This document shows, piece after piece, positions 56,826 to 64,000 of a stretch of DNA of 64,000 bases. The notes below the pieces were generated by a model. The model worked only from the letters and a program-made list of their open reading frames with translations. It ran no database searches and was not told where the DNA came from. The stretch comes from Naegleria gruberi (taxonomy: Eukaryota), in assembly GCA_000004985.1 (NCBI GenBank), contig GG738928.1; one strand, written 5' to 3'. A program made the position numbers and the translations under genes. Every line of letters starts with the position of its first letter. The first letter of the stretch is position 1.

Positions 56826-58340
56826 TTAATCTAATTTGCTTGTTCTCTTTGTTAATCCTTCTCTCCATTCATCCATACTCTTTACAATTTGTACAGAGGT
56901 TCTTTCCATCCAACTCTCCTTCTTTGGTGCAAAGAAACCATCAAGAGAGGCAATGTGACCACCACGAGTAGTTGTGACAAGCATCAACTTGTCATAATTC
57001 ACAAAGGCCTCGAAAGGAATGGAAGAATATGTTGAAATTGGATCATCAAGAGCATTTAAACAAATAGTTGGGACTGTAATCTTCTTCATCTTATTACCAG
57101 AACTGTGGAATTCATAAAACTTTTCCACATTTTCAAATTTACCTTCACAGAGTGGTCTATTAATCTTATCATCGACATCTCTGGTAGTACGAAGAGTTGG
57201 TAAGAGTTTGATATAATCTTCTGGAAGCAATTCCTTATTCTTCTCATATAATTCAATACGTTCCTTGGCATAGGCCCTATCGTATATCATTCTTTGGAAA
57301 ATGTTTGATTGAAGAGCAAGAGTAGCAGCATTCAAATCGAATGGATTACCAATTGAAATTGCATAGGCAAATTCATTTCTCGATTCATCGCCATCATCAT
57401 TAGGAAGATGAATATGATGGTCCTTCAACTTTTTAGCTCCTTGTTTCTTTGGAGCATCCTTTCCAACATGTTCCGATAGATAGGTTAACAGAGTATTAGC
57501 TCCGAGACTGAAACCAACACCAACCAATGTTTCATCCTTTCCAACTTCCTTTCTAACCAATTGAATAACATTTCTAATATCCTTCACAGTGTGAGTCAAT
57601 CCAGGAATTACCTTGGTAGTTTGATTTGTGGATTTTGGCTTATCCAAATCAATTGGATCCAAGTCACCAACAATCGGAGGCAAAGTATGATGACCATGTT
57701 GAATAGTGGATGATTCATTCGATGTAGTCTTGTAATCCATAACAACACATCTGTATCCAGCCTTCACAAACGAACTAATTAAATGTTTAACTCCTACAGC
57801 ACCTGTTCCTCCAGATAAACCAGGAAGAATAAAGATTGTTGTCTTTTTCCTTTCGGATTGTTGTCCAGTAGTAGCAGCAGCAGCACCACCATCAGATGAT
57901 GAATTTGTTGTTGTTGTATTAGCAGGTTCAAACCAATCCAAATTAATAGTTGCTCCATCTTCAAATTCATATTGATTTCTCTTCTTCTTGAAAAGTGCTT
58001 CATCCTGATCATCAATAATGTGTCTACAGGCTGCTCCATATATTGTCTGAGCATGGGTATTGATTAACCACGGAGTTGGACAGAATCTCCTATTAAAATT
58101 CTCTACACTTCTCTTTAAATGTTCTTGAAAAGCATCGGCATTATGAATTGCTTTAGGATGATAAATCCAAGGCTTTTGGCACAATACAAAAGTATAATAT
58201 CCAGCAAATCCTATACATGCCCATTTAAATAGCTTGGATTTGGAGTGTCTTTTGAAGAAACTTTCCCTCTTCTTTTTTCTGAATTCATTATAAAACTCTT
58301 GTTTGTTAGAGTTTGAATCATTGTTTGATGATGAAGACAT
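56826..58340 (-). CDS. Alpha/beta-hydrolase fold protein of the ABHD1/3 / YheT type
   Basis: A 504-aa ORF with an N-terminal hydrophobic segment. The nucleophile elbow is GVGFSLGAN (GxSxG). Conserved HG and catalytic Asp/His regions are arranged as in the abhydrolase_1/hydrolase_4 family. Confidence 0.7.
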   Translation of the reverse strand: MSSSSNNDSNSNKQEFYNEFRKKKRESFFKRHSKSKLFKWACIGFAGYYTFVLCQKPWIYHPKAIHNADAFQEHLKRSVENFNRRFCPTPWLINTHAQTIYGAACRHIIDDQDEALFKKKRNQYEFEDGATINLDWFEPANTTTTNSSSDGGAAAATTGQQSERKKTTIFILPGLSGGTGAVGVKHLISSFVKAGYRCVVMDYKTTSNESSTIQHGHHTLPPIVGDLDPIDLDKPKSTNQTTKVIPGLTHTVKDIRNVIQLVRKEVGKDETLVGVGFSLGANTLLTYLSEHVGKDAPKKQGAKKLKDHHIHLPNDDGDESRNEFAYAISIGNPFDLNAATLALQSNIFQRMIYDRAYAKERIELYEKNKELLPEDYIKLLPTLRTTRDVDDKINRPLCEGKFENVEKFYEFHSSGNKMKKITVPTICLNALDDPISTYSSIPFEAFVNYDKLMLVTTTRGGHIASLDGFFAPKKESWMERTSVQIVKSMDEWREGLTKRTSKLD

Positions 58341-58430
58341 TTTTTCCGATGATTAAATTTTTTTCCATGTACAAATGTGGATTAAGCTTAATCCAAACTG
58401 TTAAACTTTCAAAATTTGTAATTAAAAGAT

Positions 58431-58504
58431 TGCCTCCCTTGGGAATCGAACCCAAGACCTCTGTCTTACTAGGACAGCGCTACTGCCAACTGAGCTAGGA
58501 AGGC
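58431..58504 (-). tRNA. tRNA-Thr (anticodon AGT)
   Basis: The reverse complement reads GCCUUCC-U-A-GCUC-AGUUGGCAGU-AGCG-C-UGUCC-UAGUAAG-ACAG-AGGUC-UUGGG-UUCGAUU-CCCAA-GGGAGGC-A. Confidence 0.8.
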
Positions 58505-59095
58505 TTACATCAAATGTAAAATTATTATTAACGCAGATTACCAACCTCATTGAAAACTTCTCCTCTGTTATCAAAACTGAGTATACAGTGCAACCAACAA
58601 GTGAGAAAAAGAAGCCAGTTGTCACTTTTTTGATTGACCAGCCATTATTGAATCCAGTGGTTATATTGCTTCTTTGAAGCTTCATTGTGATACTAAGCAA
58701 AAAGCATAATAGGAAGTGCTTTTTTAATAATACATATATAGACTTTCGAATAAATAGTTAGTAGCATTCACTGGCAGGTAACCTTCTAGTATGGTCAATC
58801 AACGAAGAGAAGAAGTTTACAATAATTTGATACAATCCAATATTACTCAGCATTTAATACACAGCAACCGTTTTACAATTGCATAATTCGATCATTTTTC
58901 AATTAATATTGGAAATCGGTAATGAAAGAAACGAACATTTCACACTCGGTTGACCTGTGTTATCCAGCAATTTTTGTTGACAAGTTGTGTGAACTGGAAG
59001 GAAGTGTCGCGAACCATTTAAACCTTTCGGAGGTATGAAAGGTTTAGTTGACTAACAAATTGGCAAACTAACCGAAAAAAAAGTCAAATCAAACA

Positions 59096-61594
59096 ATGTT
59101 TGAGAAATATAAATCTCACGTATTGGTAATTGTGTTGTTGGCCATTCTATGTGTTTCCAATACTTTGTTTTTGACACATGTTAAAGCTGCCACTCGACCA
59201 GCTCCTTTCGTTGGTGTCAATACAGCTGCAGGAACTAATTCAGTTGGAGATGGTCTTCCACCTGATGGTGCCACATATGTAAGACCAGTCAGTGTAAAGA
59301 TTGCTCAAAATGGTGATGTTTTCATTGCTGACCATGATCATTACACCATTCGTAAAGTTTCAAATGGAAAGGTTTCGACCATTGCTGGTAAAAATCTTGT
59401 ACAAGGTGATTCAGGAGATGGCACATTAGCTGCTAATGCTCTATTATCTGGTCCATCAGATCTCCTTCTTACAAGCTCTGGTGAATTACTCTTCATGGAT
59501 GGTGGTCCAAGGCTTAAAAAGATTGACAAGAATGGATTTCTGACGTGTCTTGCAGGAAATGGCTCTGAAATTCTTCCAGATGGTTTTCCAGCAAAAGATA
59601 CAAGATTCACTTCTATTGCTTCTATTGCACAACATCCAGTGACTGGTGAGATTTACTTGTCAGAAACTGGTAATCATACCATTAGACGAATCTCAACTAA
59701 TGGAAATGTTTATACAGTTGCAGGAACAGGTGAATTTGGATTCAGTGGAGATGGCGGTCCAGCTTTCGACGCCCAATTATTCTTTCCAAGTAGTATTGCT
59801 TTCAATAATGGAGGAGAATTGTTTATTTCAGATTTAGGTAATAATCGTATTCGAAAGATTGACAAAAATGGAATAATCTCAACAATTATAGGTGGTAGTA
59901 AAGGATATTCTGGAGATGAAGGCAATGCTGCTGATGCCATGATAGATGGTCCATATAGTTTAGCCTTCCATCCTGTCAGTGGTGATTTGACTTTTGTTGA
60001 CATTAACAATTACAGAATTCGAAAGATTTCTAATAAGGGAATAATTTCAACAATTGCTGGAAATGGTGAAAAGGGATCAATTGGCGATGGTGGTTCAGCA
60101 CTTAATGCACAAATTTATTATAGTGTTTCAATTTCATTTAGTCCAAATGGTGAACTATATATTGCAAACGAATGGAACAATAGAATTAGAAAGATTTCAT
60201 TATCTGGAATTATTTCAACCTATTCTGGTGGTACATTCGGTGATGGGTATGATGCTTCAAGTTGGGGTGTTTTGTTTTTACCTCAAGGTGTTTCCATTAC
60301 TCCAAACGGTGATGTGTTAATTGCTGATTCGAAACATGCACTTATTAGAAAGCTTTCTAATGGAGTTCTTTCAACAATTTACACCAAAACTGAGTTGAGA
60401 AATCCAACTTCTGCCATTATGAGACCTAATGGTGATATTTACTTTGCTGATCAGGATGAAAATAGGATTCGTAAGATTTCGGCAACAGACGGAACAGTTT
60501 CCATTATTGCAGGCAATGGAGCTACCTCTGGTTTTGAATCAGATGGAGTATTAGCACTTGATGCCACAATTGCCTCACTAGGCACCTTTGATTTCAATTC
60601 TAAAGGTGAAATTTTATTCACCGATTTGGAAAATCAAAGAATTCGTAAAGTTGCCTTAAATGGAAGTGTTTTAACAGTTGCTGGATTTAGTGCTGGTATT
60701 AATGGAACAATTGCTCCTTCCTATAGTGGAGATGGTGGATTGGCTACTCAAGCTGGTCTTAATAGTCCTTATGGAATTGTTGTCACTCCATCAGATGAAA
60801 TTTATTTGGTTGACAAGGGAAATTTCAGAATTCGTAAAATTTTGACAAATGGCACAATTATTACAGTTGCAGGAACTGGTACGCAAGGATTTTTAGGAGA
60901 TGGAGGTTTGGCCACCGCTGCAAGAATAAATCCAAGAGGTGGACTTGCAGTTTCGTCTAAGGGCGACATTTACTTTACTGACAATTACAGAATTCGAAAG
61001 GTGTTTGCAAATGGAAAGATTACAACTCTTGGTGGATTTTCATATGGTGGATTCTCTGGTGATGGTACTTTGGCAACTAATGGTGTATTTGATGCTCCAT
61101 TAGGAATTGCAGTTGACTCAAATGATAATGTCTTTATTGCAGATGTCAATAATGACAGAATTAGAAAGATTGGAAATATGTGTGCAGCTCCATATGTTGT
61201 TTCTGGATCTGAATGCATTCCAGTTTGTTATGGAATTAATTCGAATAATGTTTCGAGTGTTTGTTCTGGACGCGGTTCTTGTAATGATCCAAACAATTGC
61301 ACCTGTCAAGCAAATTATTATGGAAATAATTGTGAATTATTCAAATGCAAGGGAATTGCCAGTACTGATTCATCAGTTTGTTCAGGAAGTGGTCAATGTA
61401 TTGCTCACGATACTTGTAAATGCAGTGGAAAGGCTTATGGAGCTAATTGTGAGTTAGTTCTTGCTATTTCGAATGTCAATAGTGGAAAGGTTATTCCTAA
61501 AAACACTCTTTCTGATAGATTGAACGATGGCGTTTCAGTTTCCATTTCTCTATTGAGTATTATTATTTTCAGTATTATTCTATTGTTACATTAA
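59096..61594 (+). CDS. Secreted or surface protein with multiple NHL-type beta-propeller repeats and three EGF-like modules. It has an N-terminal signal peptide and a C-terminal hydrophobic tail, possibly a GPI-anchor signal.
   Basis: An 832-aa intronless ORF. Repeated units of the form ..NGDVFIADHDHYTIRKVS.NG.VSTIAG resemble NHL/YD-like repeats. Cys-rich modules (CSGRGSCNDPNNCTCQANYYGNNCE and CSGSGQCIAHDTCKCSGKAYGANCE) are EGF-like. The C-terminal NDGVSVSISLLSIIIFSIILLLH has a GPI-signal shape. Confidence 0.7.
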   Translation: MFEKYKSHVLVIVLLAILCVSNTLFLTHVKAATRPAPFVGVNTAAGTNSVGDGLPPDGATYVRPVSVKIAQNGDVFIADHDHYTIRKVSNGKVSTIAGKNLVQGDSGDGTLAANALLSGPSDLLLTSSGELLFMDGGPRLKKIDKNGFLTCLAGNGSEILPDGFPAKDTRFTSIASIAQHPVTGEIYLSETGNHTIRRISTNGNVYTVAGTGEFGFSGDGGPAFDAQLFFPSSIAFNNGGELFISDLGNNRIRKIDKNGIISTIIGGSKGYSGDEGNAADAMIDGPYSLAFHPVSGDLTFVDINNYRIRKISNKGIISTIAGNGEKGSIGDGGSALNAQIYYSVSISFSPNGELYIANEWNNRIRKISLSGIISTYSGGTFGDGYDASSWGVLFLPQGVSITPNGDVLIADSKHALIRKLSNGVLSTIYTKTELRNPTSAIMRPNGDIYFADQDENRIRKISATDGTVSIIAGNGATSGFESDGVLALDATIASLGTFDFNSKGEILFTDLENQRIRKVALNGSVLTVAGFSAGINGTIAPSYSGDGGLATQAGLNSPYGIVVTPSDEIYLVDKGNFRIRKILTNGTIITVAGTGTQGFLGDGGLATAARINPRGGLAVSSKGDIYFTDNYRIRKVFANGKITTLGGFSYGGFSGDGTLATNGVFDAPLGIAVDSNDNVFIADVNNDRIRKIGNMCAAPYVVSGSECIPVCYGINSNNVSSVCSGRGSCNDPNNCTCQANYYGNNCELFKCKGIASTDSSVCSGSGQCIAHDTCKCSGKAYGANCELVLAISNVNSGKVIPKNTLSDRLNDGVSVSISLLSIIIFSIILLLH

Positions 61595-61693
61595 TCAACT
61601 TTCACTATTAAGGAAACTTTACAACAATCTTTAGAATAAAAAATTATCCATTCTATTACTACCACTACTTTTTGATACACTGTGTATTCTTCT

Positions 61694-62081
61694 TTATGTT
61701 ATGACAAGAACAGCTACAGACAACACCAGCTCGCTGACAAGGACACTTCTTTGTCTTGCAAGCTCCAACACAGTCACACCCTTTCGAATCAAAAAAAACT
61801 CCAGCAACTGCTGTTGCTTGGTTTCGTCTTGAGAATTTATCTGTGTTTCTTCAACTTGCTCTTCATCTACTTCCTCACCCAAATTGCTATCATCCATACT
61901 CGTCGATTTTCTTCTCCAGTTCCTTGAATTTGCGATTACAAATCCAATCACCCAATTTAATATTCTTCTTGAAAAGTTTAATAGCATAGTATGTTCCAAT
62001 TTCATTCAAACTAAATCCTCTTACCCATCCAGATGGTCCGTGAGCAACATTATGATAGGCACATTTAATATTCCGTGGCAT
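61694..62081 (-). CDS. Small hypothetical gene in two frames (61890..62081 and 61694..62005). A frameshift or an unresolved intron is likely.
   Basis: Two overlapping minus-strand ORFs (MPRNIKCAYHNVAHGPSGWVRGF... and ...MDDSNLGEEVDEEQVEETQ...) with coding-like composition. I recognised no homology. Confidence 0.2.
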
Positions 62082-62420
62082 GCAGTGGCCTCATGGTGTG
62101 AATGAAAATATTAGTGCATTTTTTTTTTGTACAGTGATTGTAAAATAATCTCTTGATTTGGTCAAATTCTGAAATAATAAATCAAATGATAACAAGTTAA
62201 AGATTACAACATGAATGATACTTTCACATGTTGCCAAATTGAGAAAGAGAAGAACTGAACGATTGAGACAAGTTAAACAGATGGAAAGTCCAGTAAAAAC
62301 CTCATATCCATACCTACCTAATTGAAATCCTCAAGTATTTGTTGCCAGCAAACATAAAAATTATCAACCTCCTTAATTGTCTCTTTCAATTCCATTTTAA
62401 AAGTAAAAACTCGAAAAAAA

Positions 62421-63509
62421 ATGGAACAAAACATCATTCTCGATACCGATGTAGGATTTGATGATGTTTTTGCCCTGTGTTTGCTGTTGTGGAAGATGAG
62501 TAGTAGTGGTGGTGGTGGTGATGATGATGATAGAAAGATGATGAATTTGAGAGCAGTATCAACAGTGAAGGGTTTGCAATTGGACACCAATCACGCTGCT
62601 AGAATTGTAGAAAGGATATTAAATTCATGTTCCGATTTGATTGTTGGTGATGATGATCATAAATTTTCATCATTAAATATTGATCCAGTGTCATCCATCA
62701 AGATTTTCAGTGGAAGTCAAGAACGGATACTACCAGAACATGGTCATTGTTTTAGTGAAGGAGAATGGTTTACGAAGGAATATCAATATAAAACTGATAA
62801 TATGGCTGACTTGTTGGAAGCATTACCTTTGCTAAATTCGAATAAGGAGTATGAGAAATTGAATGACATGTTAGAATGGATGAAATCATTCCCTGATCAA
62901 TATTTCACTCTGTTATGCACTGGACCTCTGACTAACATTGCAAAATTATTGGAAATGGATAGAGAATTAATATTGAGGAAGGTTGGAAAACTTGTAATTA
63001 TGGGAGGTTCATTATTTAATGAACTGGAGCAGGATGTTTTACTGAATGGAAGTGAATGGAATTTCTATTGTGATGGAAAGGCAGCCGAAATTGTATTAGA
63101 GGCATTTGGAACAAAGGTCGAGTTGATGAGTATTTATGTGGCCAACTTGAGGGTTCTTAATCAAGAACAGATTAAGGAATTAGCAAGTCATGTCCACTCT
63201 GATAGAGCTGTTCAGCAAGATGAACTGGAACCAATACGAAGAATGCTCAAAAAGCTTCTCACCATTTCATTTGATTCGTATGCCTATGATCCTGTAGCTG
63301 CAACCTATCTATTCAATCCATCATTCTTTGAAATGAGAAATGTAAAGGTAAAAGTTTATTCCGAGAAACCTCTCGAAGGATTAATCAAAGAGGTGGAATA
63401 TTTAAAAACTGACCTCGAAAGAAATAGTGGCAAGGAAGTTGAAATTACAGCTGCTTGCGGATTCAATAGAGATGCGTTCTTTGAAATGCTCAAATCTCTA
63501 ATCGCTTAA
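62421..63509 (+). CDS. Inosine-uridine preferring nucleoside hydrolase family protein
   Basis: N-terminal signature DTDVGFDDVFAL (DxDxxxDD of IU-NH). A 362-aa ORF of appropriate length. An acidic or Gly-rich insertion (SSGGGGDDDDRK) follows the motif. Confidence 0.7.
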   Translation: MEQNIILDTDVGFDDVFALCLLLWKMSSSGGGGDDDDRKMMNLRAVSTVKGLQLDTNHAARIVERILNSCSDLIVGDDDHKFSSLNIDPVSSIKIFSGSQERILPEHGHCFSEGEWFTKEYQYKTDNMADLLEALPLLNSNKEYEKLNDMLEWMKSFPDQYFTLLCTGPLTNIAKLLEMDRELILRKVGKLVIMGGSLFNELEQDVLLNGSEWNFYCDGKAAEIVLEAFGTKVELMSIYVANLRVLNQEQIKELASHVHSDRAVQQDELEPIRRMLKKLLTISFDSYAYDPVAATYLFNPSFFEMRNVKVKVYSEKPLEGLIKEVEYLKTDLERNSGKEVEITAACGFNRDAFFEMLKSLIA

Positions 63510-63551
63510 ATTATTAAAACAATTTTCTGAAATGACATTCTACAATCCATT

Positions 63552-64000
63552 CTACAGTACAATCCACAATCCAAACATTAAAATCAAGGTAAAGTGTAAA
63601 GAGCTGGCTATAAAATTAGAGCAACCAATTAGATAGGTGCTTTCAAAAGGATAACTATTCGTACAGTTTTGAAATTCCTCTTCAGACATTGTCCTGCTAC
63701 GCAGCAACATGGTTGGACGAGTATTAATTGGATCAGCAGAATAGTTTAAATTTGGAGGGGTCAACTGACATCCATTATCCTCACCAATATTGTATCCATG
63801 AGTATTGATACTATAAGGATGCACAGTACTCTTAATAAAATCCAAATAATGAGTGACATTGGTGTAGACTCCAACATTTGTTCCTCCACAAATTAAGGAA
63901 GGTCCATAAGAGATTATTCCCTCCAGTACGAAAATAACCTCTCCATTCATTCTTACCCTTCTAAACAATCCACCTCCTGAATCACCTAGGCAAGCATCTT
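63552..64000 (-). CDS. C-terminal portion of a chymotrypsin-family (S1) serine protease with a C-terminal extension and hydrophobic tail; the gene continues beyond the window end
   Basis: The reverse complement of the window end reads KDACLGDSGGGLFRRVRMNGEVIFVLEGIISYGPSLICGGTNVGVYTNVTHYLDFIKSTV. This is the catalytic-Ser GDSGG block plus downstream S1 motifs. About 75 extra residues follow, ending in a hydrophobic stretch. Confidence 0.55.
   Translation of the reverse strand, partial: DACLGDSGGGLFRRVRMNGEVIFVLEGIISYGPSLICGGTNVGVYTNVTHYLDFIKSTVHPYSINTHGYNIGEDNGCQLTPPNLNYSADPINTRPTMLLRSRTMSEEEFQNCTNSYPFESTYLIGCSNFIASSLHFTLILMFGLWIVL

Noticed and set aside
1-64000. Possibility of a ciliate-type or other non-standard genetic code (TAA/TAG or TGA as sense), suggested by the TTTGGG-like telomere and two in-frame stops
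   Set aside because: Many long, well-conserved genes (cofilin, D-LDH, ABHD, NHL/EGF, GnT-I) are intact under the standard code and terminate with TAA or TAG. No confirmed single-exon gene ends at TGA; the only TGA-terminated ORFs are the probable exon fragments at 33282 and 33550. Even so, TGA cannot be a frequent sense codon, because the long conserved ORFs are not interrupted by it. The two in-frame stops are better explained locally.
1-64000. Prokaryote-style features (CRISPR arrays, operons, mobile-element transposases)
   Set aside because: The window is eukaryotic, with a telomere, spliceosomal introns and eukaryotic tRNAs. No direct-repeat/spacer architecture or transposase-like ORF was seen in readable sequence.

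Overview
This is a eukaryotic nuclear window with about 35% GC, the standard genetic code, and short spliceosomal introns of 37-103 nt. The window opens on a chromosome end: roughly 67 tandem CCCAAA units at 1..403, corresponding to a TTTGGG G-strand (telomere-like). A repeat-rich, gene-poor subtelomeric zone follows, up to about 22 kb. It contains four runs of N that cannot be read (1054..6305, 7696..13076, 13874..13923, 19433..19482). It also holds dispersed repeat families that I call A, B and C, some copies preceded by short telomere-like seeds, and a roughly 320-bp satellite array at 17215..19700. The only readable coding sequence before about 22 kb is a fragment of a large membrane-protein gene at 6306..7695, between the two big N-runs. 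From about 23 kb the sequence is a compact gene-dense region of roughly 25 protein genes and 4 tRNA genes. Recognisable products include:
- ADF/cofilin
- FAD-linked D-lactate dehydrogenase
- a GT13 (GnT-I-like) glycosyltransferase
- an SLC35/TPT-type sugar transporter
- an ABHD-type alpha/beta hydrolase
- an inosine-uridine nucleoside hydrolase
- an NHL-repeat/EGF surface protein
- a Rab GTPase with 4 exons
- a CCCH zinc-finger protein
- BTB and F-box proteins
- a partial S1 serine protease at the window edge
- two paralogous myosin essential-light-chain-like genes
- a four-member cluster of Ser/Thr-rich single-pass membrane proteins that share a C-terminal RLxx[FY]xFP motif

Three loci look damaged. 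One F-box/LRR gene is frameshifted by a perfect 34-bp tandem duplication. Two genes carry a single in-frame stop codon. One Zn2Cys6-like domain has Trp in place of a Cys. I cannot assign the organism. The telomere unit and the gene mix (a fungal-type Zn2Cys6 domain alongside GnT-I, NHL/EGF and a trypsin-like protease) point to an AT-rich, intron-poor unicellular eukaryote or early-diverging fungus-like lineage. ORFs spanning the N-runs and ORFs within the satellite are artefacts.
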